This document shows, piece after piece, positions 48,411 to 61,626 of a DNA stretch of 64,000 bases. Made by a program: the position numbers and the translations under genes. Below the pieces are notes generated by a model. It made no database searches and was not told the origin of the DNA. It saw only the letters and a program-made list of their open reading frames with translations. The stretch comes from Blepharisma stoltei ATCC 30299 (lineage: Eukaryota; Protista; Ciliophora), in the NCBI GenBank assembly GCA_965603825.1, contig CBFDEM010000046.1, positions 248,001 to 312,000 on the forward strand, read 5' to 3'. Numbering within the stretch: position 1 is the stretch's first letter; every line of letters starts with the position of its first letter.

Positions 48411-51400
48411 ATGATCAAAAACTCTGAAAAACACCAAAAAAGGCCAGACCGAAATTCTATAAATGAAGTCGTATCAAATCTTCAAGCACGAATTGTGGCT
48501 TTACAAAATCAATATTTGAACTTTGTTAGCTTCTGTGTAGAAATGATAAAAAATCATCGACTAAATGTTGATCATACGCTTAGATTAGAGCCAAATACTC
48601 CCAGAAATTTATTTGACATATTAGCTAGAGAAGGCGAACTATTAGAACAAAGTTTAAAAGCAGCAGGAAACATGAATACAAAAATGTTTGAAGGAAAAGA
48701 GTTTCAAAAAGCCTTTGAACAAGCCCAAACTGATGTTTTGAAGATTTTGACTGAAGATATGCCAAAATCATATCAAAAAGCTTACATTCATGGCATTTTT
48801 AACTCTCTTGCTGATATTTGTATAAGCCAAAATAGAACAAGAAGTTTCGATAGTGATTTAAGACAAAATTTAAAAGAGTCAGAAAATAAAATCAGCCAAT
48901 TAATGGCGGAATTAAGAGAAGTGAAAGAGGAATCAAGAAAAAAAGATATTCATGTTGAGCTAATGCAAGAGGAAATAGAAAAATCAAATCAAACTGTTAA
49001 AGTGTATCAGACAAAAATTTCTGAGCTCTCAGCAAAATTAATGTCGAAAGAAGACGAAATTAAATTATTGATGGAAAACACTGAGAAAAGAGAAGAGGAA
49101 GATTTTGGGAAAAGTTTAAATAGATTAAGAAAATTTAGGAGTCCAGATGGGCTGGATTACAGAAAAACATTTTCCGATACTTATGAATTCCAGCAAGATT
49201 CAATTAAGAACAATGAAGATTTAAAAAGAGAAAATTCTTTATTGAAGGAGAGATTGTTAAAAGTTACAAAAGAAAGAGATAAATATAAGAATTCAAATAA
49301 ATCCAAGGAATTTGATGATTATAAAATATTTTATGAAAATCTAGCTGAAAAATTAAGCGAGCTATCAATAGCTATTGATAAATTTATTGAAAATTCCAGA
49401 TATTTGTATGATCCATCAGCCCAGGCACAAATTACTTCATTTTCGAATGAATATTCTGAAATAATGAAAAAAATTATAGAAATAATTAGAAGTAAAACAA
49501 AACATAAACCAAGGTCAAGCAGTCCATCAAAAAATAAAGAAATACAATTAAAAATACCAAACTCTCAGCAAGGATTCGAAAGTGAGTGCACTCCTACTAA
49601 AGATTTTGGAGATTTAGAAAATGAGCACAAGCTAATAGTAGAGCGTTTTATGTTTGAAATAAAGCAATTAACTGATAAAAACAATATATTAACTCGAGAA
49701 AACGAAAATTTGAAAAATAAAAGAAATGCCTCACAATCAAAACAAAGAGAAGAAAATTTATTCACAGAAAGTCAAAACAGCTTTGACAAAAATAGAGCTA
49801 AAAGGGACTTTAAGGCCAAAGAAATGACAGTTTTATTTGAAAAAGAAGAAGAAATAAAAAGGCTAAAAGCAGTTATACAATATTTTGAGTATAAAAATAA
49901 AAAACCAGAACTGAGAATACAAAGTGAAGGAAAAATAAAGATAGACCAGCCTTATAGGACACAGAATGTTTTGGAGCACATAAGAAAGCAGCTAAATGAT
50001 AAAGAAAAAGAAAATTTGATTTTGCTGGATGATATAAATCAGGCGAGAGGACAAGTCAGAGAGCTCGAAGAAATGCAGAATTTCAAAGAAAAATCATTTG
50101 CAACAATTAAAGAAAATTATGAAAAAATGTTGAGTCTTAATGAAAATGCAGGAAAAGTAGCATCTAATTATGCAACTACGATGGCAGATTTAACTGATAA
50201 GCTAGAAAATGAAAAGAAAAATACTTTAGAGCTAAAACAAATCATAGAACTTGCAAAAGAAAATAAAGAAAAGCTTGAGTCCTCTATTAAATTCTTGAAT
50301 GCAAAATATAACACAGAAAAAGAATTTTACCAAAAATCTTTGGACGAAGATGAGAAAAAAATAAAAGAACTCAGTGCAATAATTTTGGAAATGAAAAACT
50401 TTGCAGATTTAACTGAAAAATACAGAGCCGAAAATATTTTTTATGAAAAATCTTTGAAAGAGAACGAAGCTAAAATTTATGAAATGGAAGTTACTATTGA
50501 AAATTTTGAAAAAAATAAAAAAGCAGCTGCTGATGACCTTAAAAAATTGCAAATTATTAATAATGGGTTGATTTCTGAAGTTAAATCGCTAAATTTGAAA
50601 TACGAATTTCTAAAATTAAAAAATGAAGAATCCATTAAAAAGAATCAAGAAGCTCCAAAACCGCAATCTTTAACAATTGAAAAAATAAATACAATTGATA
50701 TAGGAGAAGAGAAATATTCCACTACAGATCAAGCTACAAGCCTCTCAAGTATTTTTATAAAAGACAATGATTTTGAAGAAGCTCATATTAAAAATTTAAT
50801 CATTTCATTTTTTGATGATTTTCATGAGAAACTGAAATTAAAAGCTTTTGTTGAGAATAGTATTTATCAACAATTAGCAAAAATAGAAAATCTTACTATT
50901 AAACTGTTGAGCATAAAAGAGAAAATGATTAATAAAGACAAAATTATTTCAGAATTTAAAGAAAATATTAAAATCCTTGAAAACAAATTGGAAATATCTC
51001 AACTTAGCTGCATGAAATTAGAAAAAGAGAAAAATGAATTGAACTCAGAAATTGATCATCTTTCTCATATTTATACCTCAAAAATTAGAGAAAATGAGGA
51101 TATAAATAAAAGTTTAGGATCTTTAAGAATTGAAAATAATACTATGAAGTCGGAATTAACCAAAATAGCTGAAGAAAACATAAAGTTTAAAGATGAAAAT
51201 AAAAATTTGCAAATTCTTAATGAAAAATTAAATTCTGAGATTTCGAAACTAAAAGAAAATAGCATCGAAATCAATAATCAGAGCCAGAAACTAGCAAAGG
51301 AGTTGAAAAACAGCGAAATTAATTTTAAATTAATTGAGCACGAAAAAGAAAACTGGAAACAAAAATTCGAACAAAAATCAACAGAATATGAATGTTTATT

Positions 51401-52715
51401 ACAAACTTCAGAACAAGAAAAAGAGAAAATGCTAGTTGAATTATCAAATTTAAAGCAATCACATATGGATGAAAACTTGCAATTAAAGAAAAATAATGAG
51501 GATTTGATATTCGAAAACTCCAGACTGCAAAGTGAAATTAAAAAGATAGATCAACAATATGAAGCATTAAAATCTCACTCCAATCATGAAGAAAATAAAG
51601 AAAAGCATGACAAAAAGGAACAAGAAATAAGAACCACAATAATCTCAATTGAAGGGAAAAATAAGCAAATTGCCTCTCTTTTAGAAGAAAATTCTAAACT
51701 TAAGTTAAAAATCCATTTCCTCAGTGAAGTCCCAGATAAAGAGCTCAGAGAAAGACTTGCTGTATTAACCAACCGTAATCGTGATCTTGAACAAATAATC
51801 CAAAATCGCAGTGTAGATGAAAACGCTACAGAAATTAGAAAAATGAAAGAAATTTTTACCAAACAAATAGAAATTCTTACCAGAGACTGTGAGACTTCTC
51901 AAAAATTGCTCCAAGAAGCCAATAAAAGGACAGTCCAAGAGACTGCAGAACTGCACAAAATTATTGAAAAGTTAACAAAAGAGCTAGCAGTAAAACAAGT
52001 CCAATTAACTCATAAGGCCGCTGATGGCTGCAATATTATAGCTGTTTATAAAAAAGTTAAACATGAAAACCAAGTATGATTTTTAGCCAAAATTGAGCAG
52101 CAATCAGAACTCCTTTGGCTAAAACAGAATGAAGTCGATAAGAAAGAAGCAGATTTTATTGATTATTGCAAAGATTATGAGTTGCTTTATGAAGAATTGA
52201 TGTCGAAATATGAAAATGCCTTAAAAGAAGTTGCATTTTTGGAAAAAGAATATTTGAAAGCAAAATTGTTGGTCGACAAAATTGAAGAAAATTTAGAAGA
52301 GCAAAACTGCATTAAAGGGTTTTTGAATATAAAAAAAATCGTAGAAGATAATAAAACCTCTGAAGAAATCCCAGAGGTATTGCCAACGCCTAGAAACTAT
52401 CAGCCTTCAGCTTTAACTAATCGCTCTGATCCTTCAAATACTCTTGAACAAGTGATAAATCAATTGAAATCACCACGGATTGTTGTAGACGAAACTGATA
52501 TCATTTCTTTACAGCAAGAGTTTTCTAATGTTGTAGGTGACGAAAGCATTTTTAATGCCTCCAGCAAATCTTCGTCCTTAATTTCAGATAACTCATTGTC
52601 AGAAGATCTCCAGAAAATAATCCAAGAGAAAAATGAAGAGCTTCTTGATAAAGAAGAAAAATTAAAAGATTACGAAGAACAAATTCAAAAACTCAAGTCC
52701 CAGCTGAAAAATTAA
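48411..52715 (+). CDS. Very long coiled-coil protein (~1430 aa)
   Basis: The 1222-aa and 177-aa ORFs join via TGA 52077-52079; K/E-rich heptads. Confidence 0.8.
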
Positions 52716-52745
52716 TATGAAATTTCTTATTCTTTATAATTTAAT

Positions 52746-53903
52746 ATGGCAGTTGCTATAAAACCTCATGAAGCTTTTCGTGTACAAGTAGTTCTTCGAG
52801 ACTGTGTCAAGAAACTGCAGTTCTTAGGAACTGTAATGCAAACTTTAAAATCTGAAGGCAGAGATGATGCAACTGAGCTAATGGGTGATGAAATCTCTCG
52901 CATTATTTCAGAGCAGCGCAGTCTTGAGCAACAATACGCGCAGCGTGTAAAAGAACGCTCCTCTCTTACTGGCATCGCCAATAAACAAAAATCGCTTGAA
53001 GTCAAAGATAAAATTAAAGAAATCGCCAATGCTTTAAGAGAAAATACTAGACATTTGTGCAGAGTTTTGAAAGATAACCCAAATCTCCAGGATAATTTAT
53101 TAAAAATTGAGAGGGATAGACAACAACTTGTAGTGGTTTTAGAAGACTTAATGAATGACATGTTCTCAATGAATTACCATTCATTTGCATATAAAGTGAC
53201 TGAAGAGCTACAGTTACAAGACCTTTTAGGAAAGAAAAAGCAGCAGGAAAAAGAAACCTCGACCAATGCAAAACAGTTGCAAGAAGATTATAAAAAGGAA
53301 CTGCAAGAGTACCAGAATGAGACAAAAGAAGCACAGCTAGAAATACAAAGAAGGAGAGATGAACTGGCTGAGGCAAAAAAAGCTCAGAGTTTTCAGGTAA
53401 AATATAAGGATAAAGATTTGAACGCAAATTTTGGAAGCCAGTATAGAGGGTATCAAGAAGAAGAAAAGCAGTGGCTGGATCAAATTGAGGACTTGAAGAA
53501 AAAGAAAGAAATGGAGCTCAAGGTCCATCAAAGATTATCTGCATTTATGGAAAAAGGAAGAGTTAATACGCAAAAGGACATTGAAGAATGGAAACAAAAA
53601 AAGGAATCTGATGTAAAAGATCTAGTGCTAAGGATCAACCAAATTAGCACGAAAAAAGAAAACGCCAAAAAGAAACTAGAAGCTCTTACAGAAGAAATTG
53701 AATCTGAAAAGAAAAGGCTAACAGAGAAAGAAAGAGAAGAAAAAGAACGAGAAGACATGCTCAGAGAAGAGCGAGAAGACAATGAAAGAAAATACAAAGC
53801 CTGCCAAGTTCTTGCAAGAGAATTTTTGAAATATAAAGAAATTATGAGTAAATTAAGACCGAAAAAGAAAAAAGGGGTAAAGAAAGGGAAAAAAACCGCC
53901 TAA
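52746..53903 (+). CDS. IQCG: Dynein regulatory complex subunit DRC9 / IQCG-like
   Basis: EAFRVQVVLRDCVKKLQFLG, ELMGDEISRIISEQRSLE, LRENTRHLCRVLKDNPN..NLLKIERDR, poly-Lys C-terminus; IQ motif degenerate. Confidence 0.78.
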   Translation: MAVAIKPHEAFRVQVVLRDCVKKLQFLGTVMQTLKSEGRDDATELMGDEISRIISEQRSLEQQYAQRVKERSSLTGIANKQKSLEVKDKIKEIANALRENTRHLCRVLKDNPNLQDNLLKIERDRQQLVVVLEDLMNDMFSMNYHSFAYKVTEELQLQDLLGKKKQQEKETSTNAKQLQEDYKKELQEYQNETKEAQLEIQRRRDELAEAKKAQSFQVKYKDKDLNANFGSQYRGYQEEEKQWLDQIEDLKKKKEMELKVHQRLSAFMEKGRVNTQKDIEEWKQKKESDVKDLVLRINQISTKKENAKKKLEALTEEIESEKKRLTEKEREEKEREDMLREEREDNERKYKACQVLAREFLKYKEIMSKLRPKKKKGVKKGKKTA

Positions 53904-53946
53904 ATAAAAATTATTATAATGGATTGTCATAATATCTACTTATTTA

Positions 53947-54969
53947 TTATTCTCCTTCCTTGTATTTCCATAGCATTGGGATTTCTTTTTTGATCAATGC
54001 CATAACTCCAGTTGATAGTAAACACATAGGAACTAAATATAAAAGTGCTGGCTGCTCTTTTTCCATCAATACCATTGCTAAATTAGTCATCAAAATCCCT
54101 ATTGCGTATCCTGCAACAGTTGTGAAAAAATAAAGCTTTTGCTCTTTCATTTCTTTCTTATTTTCTCTGAATAAGTCATAGCGGAGAGCTAATGCTATAA
54201 AAATCCCAGGTAAAATAATATCACCAAGTCCGATCATAGAAAAATCTCCAGTAGCTTTAGGGAACAGCAGCTTAATAGGTCCATCAATTGATTTTGCTAC
54301 AGTTATCATGATATCAGTACCGAATACAAAGAAAACATCATATACGATTAAACCTGCTAAAAGCCCATAGCCAACTTTAAATGATCCTAAAGGCATATTT
54401 TCTATTGCGTGAATGGTAAAAGCAATTCCAAATACATTGTTGAGGACCCAATTTTTTGTAAAAATATATAGTAGGCCTACAGGTGTAGCAATTAAATATG
54501 AAATTATGTCTTGCTTAGTAACTTCGAGGATTTCTGGTTTAGGGACAAAATAAGGGATGCAGATAGTTTTGGTCCATTTAAAAGTGCTTTCACAATATTT
54601 TACGTTCTTGAAATAAATGTAAATATATGATTTTAAGCAGTAAATTCCTATGATAAGGAAATATATTGATAGAAGGAAATTGACCAATTCTGGATTGATA
54701 TATTTGATGCAGACATAAAGGCCTACAAGAACAGCTGCAGCCACCAATGGAAATCTCAAAGCTTCAGCAGCATCAAGGGGCTCGATTTCTTGTTCTTCTT
54801 CATTAGAGCCATGGTAGAATGGGGATAATTTTCTTGACCGCATTGACCCGATGTAAATAGGAACCAGTGAAAAGCAGAGGAGATTAAATGAGATAGGAAG
54901 CGGACAAAACTGTAAAATTGTGGTGACAATAGCCAATAAGCCAAAGCCGATCAAAAATGACTTTGACAT
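53947..54969 (-). CDS. Signal peptide peptidase (HM13-like GxGD aspartyl protease)
   Basis: VYDVFFVFGTDIMITVAKSIDGPIKLLFP, MIGLGDIILPG, QPALLYLVP. Confidence 0.93.
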   Translation of the reverse strand: MSKSFLIGFGLLAIVTTILQFCPLPISFNLLCFSLVPIYIGSMRSRKLSPFYHGSNEEEQEIEPLDAAEALRFPLVAAAVLVGLYVCIKYINPELVNFLLSIYFLIIGIYCLKSYIYIYFKNVKYCESTFKWTKTICIPYFVPKPEILEVTKQDIISYLIATPVGLLYIFTKNWVLNNVFGIAFTIHAIENMPLGSFKVGYGLLAGLIVYDVFFVFGTDIMITVAKSIDGPIKLLFPKATGDFSMIGLGDIILPGIFIALALRYDLFRENKKEMKEQKLYFFTTVAGYAIGILMTNLAMVLMEKEQPALLYLVPMCLLSTGVMALIKKEIPMLWKYKEGE

Positions 54970-55274
54970 GACTATATTTATTATTAATCTGACTCATAAT
55001 GGAATATTTAGCTTAATTATTTAAACTTAATTAAAATCTGAAATAGATTTTATATTAATTGCTGATATTTAAAAAAAATTCATAGGCGATTATTTTAAAT
55101 AATAAATTAGCATCTAATGCTTAGCAATCATCTATTCTTAAATAAATCACACTGATAAATTTTGATAAAATAGTTAGACTGTCTATCATTAAAGACATTA
55201 CTTTTACTACATCAATTATCAAGAGTGTTATATACTAAAGGATAATCTAATATGAATATCTCTTTTTATAAAAT

Positions 55275-56186
55275 ATGGAAACAGTCGTTACAAGCATCAA
55301 ACTTGGCTTCGGAATTCCCTTTGACATTCCTTGCGGAGAAATAAAAACTTTCATAGCAACGAGCTCTGATGAAACTTCTCGATTCCATTCAGAAATCCAA
55401 CAAAAAACAGGGCAATCTTTTTCTGAGTTTACCACATATATAATCATCCCATGCATATCTCCAGAGGCTGCAACCACTCTTCACAATCTTTTTTCACAGC
55501 ACTGGCAATCGTCATTATCTTCACAACCCTCCTCTGATCCTTTAGTAGAATTCATAAAAAAGCTTTCGAAATCTGACGATTCTGAAGGAAGAATTTTTGA
55601 TGCTGATTTTTCAGTTAATACCAAAAATTTACTTATAAAATTAACTCCAGTATCACAGAAACTTGAGCAATATCAAGGGATGTATGAAATGGTAAAGTCT
55701 ATGGCACAGAAAATACTTGCATCTAAGCAGCATGCATCATTAAATATTTTTCTAGGAAGAAGTATCACTGATATTTTAAGCTCAAGAAATGTTCTTATTG
55801 GGTTATGGCAATCTATGAAGATCGAGTTTGATTTGAATTATAAATCAAGTTTATCTGAAGATTTAATGACTTTAAGCCAGCAAATGGGAGGAACTGAAGG
55901 CGTTAGAGATAAGTTGCGAGTTCTGGCTGCATATGAAGGGATGACTATTAACTTGAATTTTTGCGACATCACGCAGATTCCACAAATAATCAAAGACGCT
56001 TTGAAAACTCAAGTAAATTTTGAAGCCCCAAGGGCCATGCTTAGCCGTGCCTTCTCAAATGTGATTCCAACGCTAATTCAATGTGTTGAAGGAGAAGTTA
56101 CTTTTATGGTTGGAACAGCAGATGCCATCGGGGAACTGAAAATTAGACTGCCTGGATTTTCTGAGTTTTTAAGCTTAAATAACTAG
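55275..56186 (+). CDS. Hypothetical globular protein
   Basis: Clean 303-aa ATG-TAG ORF; no motif recognised. Confidence 0.75.
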   Translation: METVVTSIKLGFGIPFDIPCGEIKTFIATSSDETSRFHSEIQQKTGQSFSEFTTYIIIPCISPEAATTLHNLFSQHWQSSLSSQPSSDPLVEFIKKLSKSDDSEGRIFDADFSVNTKNLLIKLTPVSQKLEQYQGMYEMVKSMAQKILASKQHASLNIFLGRSITDILSSRNVLIGLWQSMKIEFDLNYKSSLSEDLMTLSQQMGGTEGVRDKLRVLAAYEGMTINLNFCDITQIPQIIKDALKTQVNFEAPRAMLSRAFSNVIPTLIQCVEGEVTFMVGTADAIGELKIRLPGFSEFLSLNN

Positions 56187-56209
56187 TGATTTATCATTTT
56201 AAAAAATTA

Positions 56210-58999
56210 CTATATAATCTTGCTATGCAAGAATTTTTGAACGTAATCATGCCAGTTATTAAATGGAATATGCTCTTCGAAAACTTTAGAAAAAAGCAAA
56301 TCGAAAGGGATTTGACCTATAAAGTCACGTTTTTCACTATTTATCTTAGCTGCTTCACATGTCTACTTATTTATTACCAATATAAAAAACTGTTTTATAG
56401 GATCTTGAGTAAAAATTTTGCGATTTTGACGATAATTTTTTTTCGATTTCTTTTTTGGTGACGGATTATTTGCTTCTGGGGACTTTATTGACTTTAAAAT
56501 GTCAAGTTCTAATAGTTCTGATTTATGGTCTGAGGATGCGAAGGTTTGAGAAAATTTTGTTTTATTATCGTAATTTAGAGGGATTTGCTTATCATTTAAT
56601 GGTTTTTGAGTTTTGCCTGATGAGCTTTCTATTTGCAAGGCATCTCGTTTGACTTCATTTGTATGTCATTGGTCTTTTAATAAATACTTATTCTGAATTT
56701 CTGCATTATCTTTGGCTGTTGCAGCAGTTTCCATTGATAAATGGTTTGGATCTATTTTTAGCTCGGATTGGGATTCCATTGTTAAAAACTCTTTTTCTTC
56801 AATTTTCGAAGCAGGCATTGCTTCTAATATAACTGTTTTATTTCTTGTTGACTTTATCAAAATGCTTTCAAATTGATGAATTTTTAAAGAGGTCATAGAT
56901 TTAGACTCGATTTTTGTCATAGATGTAGCTTCTAAAAAGAGTTTTTGAGTTTTGATTGGAAGCAAATATATTTGATTCTGGCTATTTATTTCTAATGGTT
57001 GGTGCCTAATAGTATGGATATTTTTGGATAACTCTTTATATATTTCTATAGTCAAAATTGGGGTCTTTTCAATTGAGAGATTTTGCTTTCTTTTATCAAC
57101 TAAAGAATAATTTAACACTTCAGTTATTTCTAAAGTCTTGAATTTTTCATGCAGATCTTCTACAGGTTCTGCCTTGGATTCTCTAGATTTATTTATTTCA
57201 AGGTTTTCACTTTGTATGAAAATTTTATTTATGCAATTTTCTATTGATAAAAATCCTTGAAGTTTTACAACTGGTAGTGATTCAATTATAAGTGGCACTT
57301 TATATTTTCTTTCTATGCATATCTTTGATAATTTCTCTATCGAAAGGTGATTATTATTAGCTTTTACTTCGATTGCATTTTCTTTTTTATAGCTATTTTC
57401 AATGTATATTGATTTATTACTACTGATACAAAGCAGAGGCTTGATAGTTCCTGCAATTTTAATCGCATGCATTGCTTCGGTTGATAATAGTTTAGATATG
57501 CTCTTTTCAATAGAAAAAGAAGGTATATTTTCAACTAAAAGCATTTCTTGCTGTTTTCTTTCAATAAGGACTGCTTGATGTTTTTCAACTGATAATTTTT
57601 TTTTACTTTCTTTCAAATTAACATTTGCTAAAGTTTCAATCTGAAGTTCAATTATTTCCTTTTTCACAAAAATCCCATCTGCTTGCTTATCCATTCTTAA
57701 TTTTGAATAGTCTTTATATGGCAGAACCTTCACATTGCTTATTTTCTCTGTTATAAGCTCAACAAATCTTAATTTCGGCTCTTTCTTCTTTATTTCAATA
57801 TCAAATATTTTAGTTATCTCATTGCCTTTTCTTTTCATTTTTGCTTCTATTTTAATTGATGGCAGAACTTCATCACTTAAAATTGCTTTATCTCTGACAG
57901 AGTCAACAAAACTTTGAAACTGCCCATATTTCGATGTAGGTGAGCTGAGCACAAAAAATTGTTTTTCATCAGGAACCTCTTCACTCTCAAAAACCTCTCC
58001 AAGATTTTCAGTGTCAATGGTCATTGTCCTTCTCCAGTCCTGCATCTTCTTTTGTCTTAAGCTCATAAGAGAATATTGATCATTATTTTTAATATCTTGC
58101 TCATGGCTAACTATTGGAGTCTCCATTTCATCTTCAGCGTGATTACTATATCCTGCTTCTGACACAAAAGTCGCCCTCATTTTATCCTTTTCATGCAACT
58201 TTTGAAGATTTTCAATCAAAATCTTTTGATGAATAATTTCATTTTTATAAGTCTCAAGCTGCTCTTGTAATTCTGATTTTTCATTCTGAAGGTTTTCGAT
58301 TTCTTGATTAGCATCATCTAATTCTTTTCTTATAGATCCATTCTGGAATTTCAATCTTTCTGAATTATTTTTTTCAATTTTTAATAAATTTTCTAAATCT
58401 TTAATTTGGAATTGAAGGCCTTCTGCATCTTCTATTTGTTTCCTCAATTCTATTTGAAGCGCGTTTATCTGTTCCTGCTTTAAATCTGGAGGCAGCCTTT
58501 TAACTTCTTGACTGGCAGCTCTCGATCTAGTGCCTTGCTCTTTCAAAGAAATTTCTTTTTTAAGCATTAAAACATCTCTTTTTAGCTGTTTATTTTCATT
58601 AACCATATCTTTAAATCCTTGCTCAATATCATTTAAGTCATGGGATAAGCTTTCAATTCTTTTTTCTTTAATTATAAATTCGTTTAGTTGATCTTGAATT
58701 TGGGATTTCATTTCTTCATTTCGGGACTTTAATGCCTCGTTTTTATATGAAACTCTTTGCAGCTTTTGATTGGTTTTTTCATAAAGTTGATGGATTTTAA
58801 ATGCCACGCTTACACATTCTTTGGCTTTTTTGTAAGCATCTGAAACTTCGGTCATAAGCTCTTCAACGATTTCTTCTTGGTTTGAAATAGATGATTTTTG
58901 GGATATTGTGGCTCTGCTAAAATATGCGTTAAATTTTTCAAGGTGCCTTATGAGTCCTGGAATTTCTGCTTCATTTAGTTTAGCTAAAGAGCTTGACAT
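56210..58999 (-). CDS. Coiled-coil / repeat protein with a small C-terminal helical domain (TGA 56666-56668; 15-nt intron)
   Basis: The 777-aa ORF continues via TGA, then splicing gives DPIKQFFIL|TCEAAKINS..IPFNNWHDYVQKFL..-TAG. Confidence 0.78.
56363..56377 (-). other. 15-nt intron
   Basis: gtaataaataagtag on minus strand; A at 10; its terminal TAG is the apparent ORF stop and 50 more codons follow. Confidence 0.8.
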
Positions 59000-60030
59000 T
59001 TTGGGTGAAAAAATATATATATTTTTTAAATAAAATTCATTTTGATAATAAAATCCAATTTACTTGTAATATAAAATAAAATTTTGAGTTGAAGAATAAT
59101 TGAATAAGTCTAACTATAAGAAATTTACATGCATCTTATTAAATTTTAAAATAATAAAAATTGATAAGATCAATAGCATAAAGAGCTTGTGCTATTACTG
59201 CGATAAGGATAATAATTAAAGTCAATTATCCCTCTTTCTCAGCGAGCAAGTGAGAGTAGAAAGTTCACAATATTATCATTTCTTGATAATTTTAATCTTT
59301 TTGAAAGTTTATTCTATCCAAGAAGTTCACTAATATTTAAAAAATTCCCAAAATTGTCAAAAGAAGCATTTGAAGCTTTTGCAAGAAACTTGGATCTCGA
59401 ACTGTAGCTCTTTTAGTATTTGTATATTTAAAACATAATTTATCATCTTAATGGATAGAAAAAATGGTTTTATTTTTGCAATGCTTTGCTTGAATTTATC
59501 TACTAATTCCAAATCTTTTGCAATCTGAGTGAAGTTAACCAATGAATGCTGTTGTTAAAAGAGTACAATTTGATACTTCCTTGTTGAATTTTGTCCTCAC
59601 TTTGGTTTGCTCATTAGTATTATCATGAAGGCTCATCCTTGCATTGCTGTTACATGGATTTCTACATTATTTTCTCAAAAATGGCCCTTTACATTGCTTT
59701 ATCAGAGTAGTGAATATGAAAGAAAATTACTTTAAAATATACAATATAAAGGCTATCTGGAATTTTAATTCAAGATAAAGAGTAAATAATGTTGAAATTC
59801 ATTTTAAAATGAACATATTACTTTAGATTATATCATTAGCTTTTGAGTAAATAATACTAAATAATTACTAGAAGTATATTTGAACGACAGACTAATTTGC
59901 TCAACTATAAGCGTGAGGCTAAATTTTTATACCTTGATATGCAAAGTACATATAGGCTCCAGATGCTTAATTTAAAACGTATCATGCAAATAAATTAAGT
60001 AGCAAGCTTATAATAATTTTTTTATTTTTA

Positions 60031-61029
60031 TTAGGCCCTTCTTGATCTGATTAAAAACTTAGAGTCAGTCTTTTTAGCAGAGTACTGCTTAAACGCATCT
60101 TTAACTCCATCTAGGCCTACTTCAGTATGATAATCAGTCTTCAGCACATCCCCAATTAAATCTTGAATCTCATATCCAACTTCGACCTTTCTTTCAGGTG
60201 ATAGCACCTTTAACCAATTTACAAGCCAAAGCCCTTTAACAGTTTTATCACCCCCAATTAAGGACATAGGACTGGCCTGAGCAGGCTGTCCTGAAAGTCC
60301 TCCGTAAACATAGACAACTCCTTCTTCTGCCAATAAGTCAAGCATATCTTGCGTAGCACTTCCAGCGATTGCATCAAACCCAATTTTAGTTCCAAGTTGG
60401 CTGGTTACAGCTTTTGCAGCATCTTTCCATCCATCATCTGAAGTATTGAATATATGCTCAGCCCCTATTGAAGCTAAAATATCCACTTGCTCTTGTCTCC
60501 TTACCAAATTAACGGCCGTGATATTTAGCAGCTTACACCATCTGATGAGCATTTTTCCCAAAGCTGAAGCTGCGGCATCAATGACTACTGACGTGTGATT
60601 TCCTTCTTTAAGCTTATCAACCATATAGGCAACAGTCATAGGGTTTACAATCAAGCTTGCTCCTTGCTCGAAAGTGACAGTGTCTTTCAAAGGAAAAACA
60701 GAAAACGCAGAAGCAATAGAATATTCAGCATAAGTCCCATAAGAATCTGCGATAAATGAAACTCTTTTTCCGACAAGAGATTGAGCATATGCATGACTGC
60801 CACTTTTTACTACAGTGCCACTGCCTTCGTTTCCTAGGGTGAAAGGAATATTTTTCCTTTGATAACCTCCTAAAGCTTGAGCAAGATCGCTAACATTGAT
60901 TGGGGCGCATTCAACTCTAATTAAGACTTGAGTGTCCTGAAGTTCAGGGATTGGTACTTGATCGACCACTATTGAGTCAAAATCACCGTATGCGTGAATT
61001 CTTACGCTTGCTGCTGATTGGACTTCCAT
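60031..61029 (-). CDS. Zn-independent MDR oxidoreductase (quinone/enoyl reductase-like)
   Basis: APINVSD, LGNEGSG, GTYAEY, VNPMTV, AAASALGK, VRRQEQ, YGGLSG. Confidence 0.9.
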   Translation of the reverse strand: MEVQSAASVRIHAYGDFDSIVVDQVPIPELQDTQVLIRVECAPINVSDLAQALGGYQRKNIPFTLGNEGSGTVVKSGSHAYAQSLVGKRVSFIADSYGTYAEYSIASAFSVFPLKDTVTFEQGASLIVNPMTVAYMVDKLKEGNHTSVVIDAAASALGKMLIRWCKLLNITAVNLVRRQEQVDILASIGAEHIFNTSDDGWKDAAKAVTSQLGTKIGFDAIAGSATQDMLDLLAEEGVVYVYGGLSGQPAQASPMSLIGGDKTVKGLWLVNWLKVLSPERKVEVGYEIQDLIGDVLKTDYHTEVGLDGVKDAFKQYSAKKTDSKFLIRSRRA

Positions 61030-61626
61030 ATTATTTTCGCCAACGAATTTACAAATAAAATCGTAATCATACTGAAATGGAGATTTATTGCTTTATAAGA
61101 GAAGCAGATGGCTCTTAAACTTTCCCGAGCTGATGCCATATAATCAGAGCGATAAAAATCATCAATGAATAAGACAGAGAAATTAAAAGTAAACTATTTT
61201 TAAGGCCCCAACGATAATAATTTTCTCGTCAAAAAAATTGATATAATTTGGCTGATATTCTTACACTATATCAATGCTCCGAAATCGGCTTGACAAAAGC
61301 ATTTTCAAAAAATTAGATTAGTTATATAGAGATATAGATATAAATATAGCATTAATTTCGCAGCTAAGAAGCACTCTAACATAAAGAGGTAAACTAACTG
61401 AAGAATATACTTAATTAATTTCAAAAGCCTTTATTGTAGCTAAGTATTGAGTAATTTGATACCTTGAAAATTTTTATAAAGAATCCCAGGAGTCAAATAT
61501 GAAATTACAAATTTTCTTCTAAAATATAAATCGCTCAAAGGTCGTCTGGATTGAAATATAAATATTTCAAGAAATTCTATCTTTCATTATAAACTTTGCA
61601 TATTTTGAAATATTAATTATGATAAT

